Positions 1 through 8,450 of a stretch of 32,000 bases of DNA are shown here, one piece after another (position 1 is the stretch's first letter; the number at the start of each line of letters is the position of its first letter). The notes beneath the pieces were generated by a model. That model searched no databases. It saw nothing but the letters and a program-made list of their open reading frames with translations, and had not been told where the DNA came from. Position numbers and translations under genes: made by a program. This stretch comes from Chlorobiota bacterium (GTDB lineage Bacteria > Bacteroidota > Chlorobiia > Chlorobiales > Chlorobiaceae): positions 106,762 through 138,761 of the forward strand of contig VGGK01000001.1 in NCBI GenBank assembly GCA_016868665.1. The letters are read 5' to 3'.

Positions 1-369
1 CGGACGCACCCAGTCGAGATCGCCCTTGACCCAGGCATAGACAAGACCGAGGATGAGAATGCCGGCAAAAATGAGGGCCTCGAAAAGTGCGAAAGGGCCA
101 AGCTGCCTGAAAACCGTTGCCCAGGGGTAAAGAAAGACAACCTCCACATCGAAAATGATGAAGATAAGGGCGACAACGTAAAACCTGATGTTGAATTTGA
201 TCCACGCACTGCCGATCGCCTCCTCTCCGCACTCGTAGGTGGAATTTTTTTCGGGATTCGGCCTGCTGGGCCGAAGCATTCGCGCCGTGAGGTATCCGCC
301 GGCCACGAATACTATTCCGAGAGCGAGAAAAACAAAAACATTTCCGAAACCACTCAGCGTCTGGTCCAT
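1..369 (-). CDS. nuoA: NADH-quinone oxidoreductase subunit A (NuoA/NdhC), C-terminus cut by window edge
   Basis: Minus-strand translation from CAT at 367-369 reads [21 protein letters not shown]...[40 protein letters not shown]...[12 protein letters not shown], the typical NuoA signature. Confidence 0.93.
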   Translation of the reverse strand, partial: MDQTLSGFGNVFVFLALGIVFVAGGYLTARMLRPSRPNPEKNSTYECGEEAIGSAWIKFNIRFYVVALIFIIFDVEVVFLYPWATVFRQLGPFALFEALIFAGILILGLVYAWVKGDLDWVRP

Positions 370-592
370 GAGCTGTCTGTTAAGGTTATCCCTGGGTTGC
401 CGTGACGGATTTCCGCACTGATAACAATTATTACTGTTAAGTGCGCCAAATATAAAAAAAAATCCTTTACCGAACAGAAAAAAAGCCACCGAAGCCCAGA
501 AGTTCGAAAAAGAACGGTTCCGAACTGTTCGGGTTGAGCTGAATCTAAAAAAAATTCCCTCAACTCATAACTATATTAAGCACAAACAGGAC

Positions 593-835
593 TTATATAT
601 AAATAAACTTGCCGATAAACCTGAAAATCCTAATAAAAACAAGCAACACAAGTACCGTAACCGGTACGATAACACTCTGGGCGAGAAGAAATGAATCGGT
701 AAACCCTGACAGAACTGGGGCAAGCAGCGATGAGAGAAGCATCCAGACAATTGGAGCCCATGCGAAAGCGAGTATAACCGGAAGCCCTTTTTTCATAAAG
801 ATCTTCCTTGTTTCAATGTCGGGAAACAGTTTCAT
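593..835 (-). CDS. Small hypothetical membrane protein (about 2 TM segments)
   Basis: 80 aa ORF, hydrophobic, 4-nt overlap with the upstream TPR gene suggests translational coupling. Confidence 0.55.
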   Translation of the reverse strand: MKLFPDIETRKIFMKKGLPVILAFAWAPIVWMLLSSLLAPVLSGFTDSFLLAQSVIVPVTVLVLLVFIRIFRFIGKFIYI

Positions 836-1431
836 AACGGCTGGAAAAACAGGGTTTCTATCTGTGCGGCCATGGAAGGATCGAGATCCCTGAGGATATC
901 ATACTCCTTTTTCAGGCCCTTCATATCTCCTTGAGAAACATAATACATGGCAAGCTTGCAGTGCGGTTCGGCACCTTGCGGATCAAGCTCGTAAGCCTTT
1001 TCAAAGGCATCTTTCGCCTTTCCGGACTCTCCGGTATCGAGATAGACATCACCAAGCACACAATAAAGCCCCGCATCGAAAGGATCCCTGTCAAGAGCTG
1101 TCTGAAGGGTTTTCAGCGCGGCCTCATCCTTGCCGAGTGTAAGCTGGATAAAACCGAGATGACGGTAGGCATCCAGAAAATCACGGTCGAGCGCGATCGT
1201 GCGGAGAAAATCGCAGCCAGCCTTCCGGTAGTCGTTCATCGACAGATAGACCACGGCTCTCGCATAGAACGCCCGCGGATCCCGCCTGCGCTCAAGGAGC
1301 ATTCCGTCAAGCAGTTCCAGTGCCTGACTGTTCCGCTCATGCTGCAGATAGCAGAGGGCCAGATCATAACGGAGGTCTGCATCCTCAGGGTTTTCACGAA
1401 GTGCGGCCTCAAGTTTCTGTATCTCGTTCAC
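832..1431 (-). CDS. Tetratricopeptide repeat protein
   Basis: Repeated TPR consensus (DLRYDLALCYLQHERNSQALELLDGML, AYRHLGFIQLTLGKDEAALKTLQTALDRDP, LYCVLGDVYLDTGESGKAKDAFEKAYELDP). Confidence 0.88.
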   Translation of the reverse strand: MNEIQKLEAALRENPEDADLRYDLALCYLQHERNSQALELLDGMLLERRRDPRAFYARAVVYLSMNDYRKAGCDFLRTIALDRDFLDAYRHLGFIQLTLGKDEAALKTLQTALDRDPFDAGLYCVLGDVYLDTGESGKAKDAFEKAYELDPQGAEPHCKLAMYYVSQGDMKGLKKEYDILRDLDPSMAAQIETLFFQPL

Positions 1432-2507
1432 GTGTTCGATGATTTAGGAATTGACGGTACAAGTTCGTGCTCCAGTGTGTGCTGGATATTGTAGAGAACT
1501 TCTAATTCGTCGGTTATCATGTCGGCCAGCCAGCAGGCAAATTCCGGGGATTCATTGATGCAGCGAACATACTGCGCCCTGCTGAAACCTGCACGATCAA
1601 GAACTTTACGCGCCTCGTACTCGGTTTCGCTGTTATCGGCGAAAAAACCGTAGGGAAACATCACAACATTTTCGATACCCTCTTCCTGAAATGCGGCAAG
1701 AGCTTTCTGCACGGTTTCCGATGTCCACTCTCCACCCGCCGAATGGTTCATGCAGCCCTGACGGATATCAGTGAAGAAATTTCTGGGATCGTTCATGATA
1801 CGCTCTTTCATCAAGTCGAAAAAAAGCCTCGTTTCATCGAGACCGGTAAAAACCCTGGGAGGATTTCCGGCCCTGTCCCTTACAAGTGTTCCATGGATGA
1901 CCAGAACCAGCCCGGTTCGAGTAGTATCTATAATTGATGCATCGAGTTCGGAAAAGAGGTGATCGATATAAATCCGGTGCAGTTCAGGCTCTTTCCAGAG
2001 TTTGTTGAGCAGGCGGATACTGCCGTAGCGCATATCGCCGAACTGTTCGGCTATCATCCTGCATGCAACGCCGCACGAAAACGCCGACTCGACGGGAATC
2101 ATCGGCACTATAACAATTCCGTCGTAGTTCCGCTCGTTCACTTTGAGTACATCCTCGAGATACGGGGGAACGAAATAATATGCATCGAATATATCGGCAT
2201 CGAGCGAATCGAAAATATCCGCGCGGCTCCCGGCAAGGCAACGGGCTATCGCCCTCGTCTGAGCCCTGTTTATCGACAGCAGCGATGAACGGTAGCCGTT
2301 CAGCCGCCAGTTGATGAAATGCCTGGTCGAACGGTAATCGGCAATGAAATAGACAAGAAACTTCGGAACCTTCACAATCTGGCTGGTAATCACCTTGAGT
2401 ATCCGTCTCGAACTCGGCCAGAGATTCCGCAGCGTCAATCTCTCCACCTCGCCATACGTAACGATCAGAACTGCATACCGTTTTTTCCCTATAACCCTAT
2501 CCACCAT
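1428..2507 (-). CDS. Ferrochelatase family protein (divergent)
   Basis: LVIHGTL corresponds to the catalytic-His motif; CMNHSAGGEWTSETV and FPYGFFADNSETEYEARKVL correspond to the C-terminal GFvsDhiETlyE motif. Confidence 0.75.
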   Translation of the reverse strand: MVDRVIGKKRYAVLIVTYGEVERLTLRNLWPSSRRILKVITSQIVKVPKFLVYFIADYRSTRHFINWRLNGYRSSLLSINRAQTRAIARCLAGSRADIFDSLDADIFDAYYFVPPYLEDVLKVNERNYDGIVIVPMIPVESAFSCGVACRMIAEQFGDMRYGSIRLLNKLWKEPELHRIYIDHLFSELDASIIDTTRTGLVLVIHGTLVRDRAGNPPRVFTGLDETRLFFDLMKERIMNDPRNFFTDIRQGCMNHSAGGEWTSETVQKALAAFQEEGIENVVMFPYGFFADNSETEYEARKVLDRAGFSRAQYVRCINESPEFACWLADMITDELEVLYNIQHTLEHELVPSIPKSSNT

Positions 2508-3088
2508 CTCAGTTCGGCATACATTAAAACAAACCCGATGATCCCCCCGACAAGTGTCTGCATGAAATTATGCGCTTTCAGGTATATTCTCGACCACATC
2601 AGAACGGGAACCAGGACACAAAGGAACAATGCTCCGGAACCGAACTGCAGGAACAGCAGCGAGATGCATGACGAAAGCGTAAAGAGATGAATGCTGATCT
2701 TCCATTGCAGGGTAACAAGGAGAATAAGCACCGTATTGACGGCATTGAACAGCAGAATGCCGCTTAGCAGTCTCGGCGCGTCGAGCTGCTGCATGAACTC
2801 GTAACCAAGAACGTTCACCCCGGTCAGCACAAGCAGAGGAAGAAAACGCTGTTCCCTGAACGTAATATTGTAATCCGAAACCTTGCCGATTTTTTTCAGT
2901 CCGTAAATCAGCAGCATAGGCGCAACCGTGCTTGATGCAAACAGCACCGTCAGATAGGAAAACCTCGAAGGATCTTCAGGATAACCGAACAGCACGACAA
3001 CGCAGAAGACCAGAGGAGCCACGACAACAGGACTAATTGCCCATGAAAGCAGATCTGCAAAACGGTGAACATCAAAACGCATGGGCAC
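2489..3088 (-). CDS. Polytopic membrane protein, degenerate PAP2-like
   Basis: Multiple TM segments; C-terminal SRIYLKAHNFMQTLVGGIIG resembles PAP2 motif SRxxxxxHxxxD but with Q in place of D; 19-nt overlap with the ferrochelatase-like ORF. Confidence 0.6.
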   Translation of the reverse strand: MPMRFDVHRFADLLSWAISPVVVAPLVFCVVVLFGYPEDPSRFSYLTVLFASSTVAPMLLIYGLKKIGKVSDYNITFREQRFLPLLVLTGVNVLGYEFMQQLDAPRLLSGILLFNAVNTVLILLVTLQWKISIHLFTLSSCISLLFLQFGSGALFLCVLVPVLMWSRIYLKAHNFMQTLVGGIIGFVLMYAELRWWIGL

Positions 3089-3190
3089 AATAAGTCGATA
3101 ATAAAGAATATTATGCGTATTATGGCTCGAAAGTTATTAAGAAAGATAGTTTTTATAAAATAAAAAACCGCGTATATTCTTTGTCCATAT

Positions 3191-3272
3191 GCGAGAGTGG
3201 TGAAATTGGTATACACGCTAGTCTTAGGAACTAGTGCCGTGAGGCGTAAGGGTTCGAGTCCCTTCTCTCGCA
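3191..3272 (+). tRNA. tRNA-Leu(UAG)
   Basis: Acceptor GCGAGAG/CTCTCGC, anticodon stem CTAGT/ACTAG with loop CTTAGGA (anticodon TAG), T-arm GGTTCGAGTCC, long variable arm; 3' CCA not encoded. Confidence 0.95.
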
Positions 3273-3288
3273 CATCGTTTTTTATCAT

Positions 3289-3375
3289 GCCAAAGTGGCG
3301 GAACTGGTAGACGCGCTGGACTCAAAATCCAGTGGGCGCAAGCTCGTGTGGGTTCGAGTCCCACCTTTGGTACCA
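3289..3375 (+). tRNA. tRNA-Leu(CAA)
   Basis: Acceptor GCCAAAG/CTTTGGT, anticodon stem CTGGA/TCCAG with loop CTCAAAA (anticodon CAA), class II variable arm, T-arm GGTTCGAGTCC, encoded CCA 3373-3375. Confidence 0.95.
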
Positions 3376-3410
3376 TTGCTACACAATAAAACGTTCCATT
3401 CAGCCCAGCC

Positions 3411-3929
3411 ATGCAGCGAATGTACTCACCCTGGCGTGAAGTTTACATGCAATCCTTCAAGGATGTCAAAACTGCCATAAAAGAAGAGAAATCAGTCTTT
3501 TCTGACATTCCTCCCGAACAGGATGAAGAACGTTTCGTATTGTACCGCGGAAAAACCTGTTTCATCATCATGAATCTTTACCCGTACAATTGCGGGCATC
3601 TGATGGTGATACCATTCCTGCAGACACCTGATTTTTCATCTCTCGACAACGAGACAAAACTTGAAATCATGGATCTCACCGATCTGTGCATCAAGGCGCT
3701 TAAAGAAACCCTGAAACCACAGGGCTTCAACTTCGGAGCCAACCTCGGTCGAGTCGCGGGGGGAAGCGTTGATACCCACATTCATTTCCATATCGTGCCC
3801 AGATGGGAAGGCGATACCAATTTCATGCCTGTGCTTGCCGATGCCAAAGTGCTCAGCAACGACATGAAAACCACCTACAGCAACCTCCGAAAAGCCATTC
3901 TGACGCTGGTTCAGGAAAAACAGAGCTGA
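3411..3929 (+). CDS. HIT family nucleotide hydrolase/phosphorylase
   Basis: YSPWR N-terminus and histidine triad GGSVDTHIHFHIVPRW. Confidence 0.9.
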   Translation: MQRMYSPWREVYMQSFKDVKTAIKEEKSVFSDIPPEQDEERFVLYRGKTCFIIMNLYPYNCGHLMVIPFLQTPDFSSLDNETKLEIMDLTDLCIKALKETLKPQGFNFGANLGRVAGGSVDTHIHFHIVPRWEGDTNFMPVLADAKVLSNDMKTTYSNLRKAILTLVQEKQS

Positions 3930-3954
3930 CCACTCCAGGCGCTCCCCTTTTACT

Positions 3955-4890
3955 ATGGAAAACCCGTTCTGCCCGATAAGCGGCAAAAGGGATTTCGAAC
4001 CTTTTCTCGCGGTTCCGGATCGCTTCAGACCTGGTTCGCGCTGGCAGATCGTCAGATCCCGCCCCTCAGGACTGCTCATACTCGATCCGAGACCATCATT
4101 TCCCGAAATCGGCAGTTACTATCACCTGGAGAACTACGATCCCCATCTGCATGATGCCATGGTACGATCCTGGCGCAACAGGCTTTATCTTGCCGCAAGG
4201 GCGCTGCTGCTCCGTCGCAAAGCTTCTCTTGTGCTGTACGGCGAAAAAAAACCGTTTACCGGCTGCCGGATACTGGAGATCGGCTGCTCGACCGGAGATC
4301 TTCTGCGCCATCTGAAACTTGCAAGAGGAATTCCTGCCGGGCATCTTCGAGGCATTGAAACCGATCCTGATGCTGCCGTTGTTGCAGAAGCGAAAACCAG
4401 GGTTCCGATTGATCGGCATCCTTCAGGCAGATCGCAGAGCAGAAAAACGTTCGACCGGATCGTGCTGTGGCATGCATTCGAGCATGTGCATGACCTGCAA
4501 AGCATGCTTTACAACATTTTCGAACAGCTTGACCACCAGGGAATCCTGGTGATGGCGTTGCCGAATCCCGAAAGCCGCGATGCGAAGCATTACCGCGAAC
4601 ACTGGGTAGCATGGGACGCTCCGCGACATCTCTGGCATTTTACACCAGCTGTGCTTGAAGCTCTTCTTGAAGAACACGGCTTCGAACTCTGCAGGATGGT
4701 GCCCTACCTGCCGGATACGCTCTATACCTGCTGGTACAGCAGCAAATTGGCCGCAAAAGATCATGGCCGACATTTCGGACTCGCGGGAATGGCCGGAGCT
4801 CTCCTGCAGGCTGCTGCCGGAATCGCGTCAGCTCTGTTCAGCCGGGAGAAGGCATCGACACTGGTGTACTATTTCAGAAAGGCTCGCTGA
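3955..4890 (+). CDS. Class I SAM-dependent methyltransferase
   Basis: ILEIGCSTGDLLRHLK, FDRIVLWHAFEHVHDLQSMLYNIFEQLDHQGILVMALPNPES motifs. Confidence 0.88.
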   Translation: MENPFCPISGKRDFEPFLAVPDRFRPGSRWQIVRSRPSGLLILDPRPSFPEIGSYYHLENYDPHLHDAMVRSWRNRLYLAARALLLRRKASLVLYGEKKPFTGCRILEIGCSTGDLLRHLKLARGIPAGHLRGIETDPDAAVVAEAKTRVPIDRHPSGRSQSRKTFDRIVLWHAFEHVHDLQSMLYNIFEQLDHQGILVMALPNPESRDAKHYREHWVAWDAPRHLWHFTPAVLEALLEEHGFELCRMVPYLPDTLYTCWYSSKLAAKDHGRHFGLAGMAGALLQAAAGIASALFSREKASTLVYYFRKAR

Positions 4891-4895
4891 TACCT

Positions 4896-6362
4896 TCACC
4901 TCTTGAGTTCAGCCGGTGCGCCGGAACGTCCGAGCGCGCGATCGAGCAGCACGCTGGCCATCAGGTAATCATAGACTGCCTGCAGATAATTGGTTTTAGC
5001 CTTGTTGAGCTGCAGTTCCGCATCGGTGAGTTCGAGACGCGAACCGATACCTTCGCGAAAACGAAGTTGTGATATGCGGTAGCTCCGTTCGGCAACGGCG
5101 ATAGTTTTCGATTGCACCTCGATACGCTTTCGGGCCTCGTTGAAAACCGACAGACACATCTCGATCTCGGCCCTGATGTTCGCCTTCAGATCGGCAAGTC
5201 TCGTCATAACCTGCATGCGCGATATTTTCGCCTGCTCAACCTTCGCTCCGATCCTGAAGCCGGTGAAAATCGGCATACTGACCTGCAGACCCACAGCGGA
5301 AGAAACCGGCCAGTCGGAGTCGGCAAGACTTACATCGTCGTTGAAGGCGGTCTGCGTCTCAAGCCGGCCAAAAGCCGACAGTACGGGAAAACGCTCCGAT
5401 CTGGCTGAAAACACCTTCTGATCCTCAGCCTCAACCTGAAGTTCGAGCTGCCGCAGATCAGACCTCGACTGAAGCGCCTCCTCGAAGGCCGAAGCGATAT
5501 CGACGGGATACGACGCAGTCGGCACTTCAAGTCTTCCGGTCAGGGTCACGTCGCTATCGGCGGAAATACCCATGGAATTCTTCAGTTTCGTCATGGCAAT
5601 GCCCACCATGCTCTCGGCCTGAATCAGGTCGGGACGAAGGTTTTCGACCGAGAGAAAGGCCTGCAGGGTATCGATATCCGCGGCAACGCCCTGGCGGAAC
5701 ATGGCCCGCGTATCACGCTGAGCCAGCCCCCACCGTTCTATGCTCTGACGAACAAGCTGAAGCCGATCGCGGGAAATCAGGGCATCGAAATATGCCTGTT
5801 TGATGTCGGCCACAACCGCCGACCTGGTATTACGGTAAGACTCGTCACTTATTTTACGAACCACGGACGCAGCCCTGATTCCGGCTATGGCCGAACCGTC
5901 AAAGAGTTTCTGACGCAGATCGAGCGTCGCCGATGCACTGTTGTCGGCGCTGATTTCGAGAGGGATAAAAGAATTCGGGTTGGCCGGTGATGAAAAAACA
6001 TCCGGAAAAAACAGGACAGAAGGCTGTAGTGTTCTGGTATAGGTGAAACTCGTCGAAAGCTGCGGCAGCACTTCCGACCAGGTCTCGCGAATCTTCTCGG
6101 AAGCCATCTCGCGGTCGAGGCGTGCTATTTCGAGAGCGCGGCTTTTTGAGAGACCGAGATGTACGGCATCGTCAAGCGTCAGAGTGTAACGCGACGAATC
6201 GACGGCGGCGTTTGCCGCTCGGGGATGTAATGCAACAGAGATGAGCAGCAGAACGAATGAGACCAGCGGCAGAACGAACCTGTTCATGACAATCGTATTA
6301 GATATAATACCGAGAAACAGCGAATCCGGATTACGGCTCCAATATACGAAGAGCGGAATCAT
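4896..6362 (-). CDS. TolC family outer membrane efflux protein (likely true start near MNRFVLP, about 6287)
   Basis: Signal-like N-terminus MNRFVLPLVSFVLLLISVALHPRAANA, duplicated coiled-coil layout, LTLDDAVHLGLSKSRALEIA, ...FREGIGSRLELTDAELQLNKAKTNYLQAVYDYLMASVLLDRALG. Confidence 0.92.
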   Translation of the reverse strand: MIPLFVYWSRNPDSLFLGIISNTIVMNRFVLPLVSFVLLLISVALHPRAANAAVDSSRYTLTLDDAVHLGLSKSRALEIARLDREMASEKIRETWSEVLPQLSTSFTYTRTLQPSVLFFPDVFSSPANPNSFIPLEISADNSASATLDLRQKLFDGSAIAGIRAASVVRKISDESYRNTRSAVVADIKQAYFDALISRDRLQLVRQSIERWGLAQRDTRAMFRQGVAADIDTLQAFLSVENLRPDLIQAESMVGIAMTKLKNSMGISADSDVTLTGRLEVPTASYPVDIASAFEEALQSRSDLRQLELQVEAEDQKVFSARSERFPVLSAFGRLETQTAFNDDVSLADSDWPVSSAVGLQVSMPIFTGFRIGAKVEQAKISRMQVMTRLADLKANIRAEIEMCLSVFNEARKRIEVQSKTIAVAERSYRISQLRFREGIGSRLELTDAELQLNKAKTNYLQAVYDYLMASVLLDRALGRSGAPAELKR

Positions 6363-6371
6363 CGAAAAAAT

Positions 6372-7721
6372 TCACTTGCCGTATCGATCCTTCCACAGAG
6401 CACGAAGCCGTTCTGCAGCGATTTTTTCGCGCCCCTCTTCCGAAGGGCGATAGAAAAGCTGAGACGGCACTCCATCGGGGAAATAGGTTTCCTCAACAAA
6501 ATGGCCCGGATAACGGTGCGGATAACGGTATCCTTCACCGTATCCGATCTTTTCCATGAAGGCAGTCGCCGCATTTCGCAGGTGCAGCGGAACGCCGGCA
6601 TCCTGAAAAAGTTTCGCTGCGCACATAGCCTCGTTCACTCCCTCGTAGCTCGCGTTTGACTTGGGAGCCGAAGCGAGGTAGGTCACCCCCTGGGCGAGGT
6701 TGATGCGCGCTTCGGGCAATCCTATCATCTGCACGGCATGAAACACCGATACGGAAAGAGTGAGTGCGAACGGGTCGGCATTGCCGACATCCTCGCTGGC
6801 GAAAATAACCATCCTGCGTGCGATGAAAAGCGGATCCTCGCCACCATCCAGCATCCGCGCAAGCCAGAAAAGAGCAGCATCGGGATCGCTGCCCCGCATC
6901 GACTTGATGAAGGCCGAGACAGTATCGAAGTGAGCTTCAGCTCCCTTGTCGTAGACCGGGGCATTATGCTGCAGAACCCGTTCGAGCAGCGGCCGGTCGA
7001 GCCGCACCTGGCGCTGCCCCGCAGGCACGAGAGCAAGTGCCGCCTCAAGCGCGTTAAGCGCCTTTCGGGCATCCCCGCCCGCAAACTGCAGGAGAAAATC
7101 GAGATCCGGGATCTCCACCTGCCTCTCCTTCAGAAGCGTATCGCACTCAAGGGCTCTTTGAACTACCGCCTCGATGTCTCTATGGGTTAGCGGTTTGAGA
7201 ATATAGACCTGCATCCGGCTGAGCAGTGCGGCGTTCACCTCGAACGAAGGATTCTCGGTGGTGGCCCCGACAAGAATCACAAGCCCCTGCTCTATGGCAT
7301 GCAGCAGCGTGTCCTGCTGAGCCTTGTTGAACCTGTGGATCTCGTCGATGAACAGAATGATGCGCTGTCCTGCACGTTGGGCCTGACGTGCGCTTTCGAG
7401 CACCTTGCGCACATCCTTCACTCCGGCATCGATAGCAGACAGCTGTTCGAAACGGTAGTGCAGCGATCGGGCGCAGATTTCGGCAAGTGTGGTTTTGCCG
7501 GAACCTGGCGGGCCCCAGAATATCATGGACGGAAGCCTGCCGGTCTCAAGAAAACTGCGCAACGGCCCATTCCTTCCCGCAAGATGCTCCTGTCCGGCAA
7601 GATCGTCAAGCGAACGAGGACGCACCCGCTCGGCCAGCGGCCGGAATTCTCCGCCTGAAGTTCCGGCACCTGCATCCGGAAGACCGAACAGATCGGCCTG
7701 AAAAAAATCGGGTACGCTCAT
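6372..7721 (-). CDS. rarA: Replication-associated recombination AAA ATPase (RarA/MgsA)
   Basis: Walker [16 protein letters not shown], Walker [40 protein letters not shown]-terminal [19 protein letters not shown]. Confidence 0.95.
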   Translation of the reverse strand: MSVPDFFQADLFGLPDAGAGTSGGEFRPLAERVRPRSLDDLAGQEHLAGRNGPLRSFLETGRLPSMIFWGPPGSGKTTLAEICARSLHYRFEQLSAIDAGVKDVRKVLESARQAQRAGQRIILFIDEIHRFNKAQQDTLLHAIEQGLVILVGATTENPSFEVNAALLSRMQVYILKPLTHRDIEAVVQRALECDTLLKERQVEIPDLDFLLQFAGGDARKALNALEAALALVPAGQRQVRLDRPLLERVLQHNAPVYDKGAEAHFDTVSAFIKSMRGSDPDAALFWLARMLDGGEDPLFIARRMVIFASEDVGNADPFALTLSVSVFHAVQMIGLPEARINLAQGVTYLASAPKSNASYEGVNEAMCAAKLFQDAGVPLHLRNAATAFMEKIGYGEGYRYPHRYPGHFVEETYFPDGVPSQLFYRPSEEGREKIAAERLRALWKDRYGK

Positions 7722-8366
7722 CTAAAAACCGTTATCCCTGAGCCATGCTTCATCGATCCGCGAAACCGGAGAGGCTGTATTGAACTGACGTGCCACATAT
7801 TTACCGAGAATATCGAACTCAAGATTCACCATGCTGCCTGGTGAAAGTCTGCTGATAGTTGTATGCGCAAAAGTAAAAGGAATGATCGCCACAGCGAAAG
7901 AGGATTCTCCGAGCCTTGCAACAGTAAGGCTTATGCCGTCTATAGCAATGGACCCGGCTGAAACCATGTATGCGCTGAATCCGACAGGATAACCGATCCA
8001 TATTTCGCGGCTCGATCCCAGTTCCAGCACCTTGCTGACCTCACCGACGCAATCCACATGACCCAGCACAAAATGGCCTCCGAGTCTGTCAATCGGACGC
8101 AGCGCTCTTTCAAGATTGACCGGCATGCCGCTGCGAAGCGATCCGAGGGTGGTTTTCAGAAGCGTCTCCTCGACGGTATCGACCTCGAACCACCCGTTAC
8201 CAGCGGCTACGACGGTCTGGCACGCGCCGCTGACGCTCACGCTCTCATCGATCGAAAGAGAGCTGAACGTTTCGGAAGCCGCATGATGCACCCGCAGACG
8301 CAATCCGCCGCATCTCTGCTGCACCGCGGCAATGGTTCCGACTTCCTTCACTATCCCCGTAAACAT
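7722..8366 (-). CDS. ribE: Riboflavin synthase, alpha subunit
   Basis: [12 protein letters not shown] start, two lumazine-binding repeats, [25 protein letters not shown]. Confidence 0.95.
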   Translation of the reverse strand: MFTGIVKEVGTIAAVQQRCGGLRLRVHHAASETFSSLSIDESVSVSGACQTVVAAGNGWFEVDTVEETLLKTTLGSLRSGMPVNLERALRPIDRLGGHFVLGHVDCVGEVSKVLELGSSREIWIGYPVGFSAYMVSAGSIAIDGISLTVARLGESSFAVAIIPFTFAHTTISRLSPGSMVNLEFDILGKYVARQFNTASPVSRIDEAWLRDNGF

Positions 8367-8450
8367 CAGATTGATGGTTTGTTTTTCCGATTACCTTCAC
8401 CAGAACTGTAATATACGGCAACCACAGGTAATTGCCGTGACGCACATCGT

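Noticed and set aside
354-563. 69 aa minus-strand ORF upstream of nuoA
   Set aside because: Overlaps the nuoA start in another frame; sequence looks non-coding and there is no family match by eye
931-1494. 187 aa plus-strand ORF
   Set aside because: Antisense to the clear TPR gene
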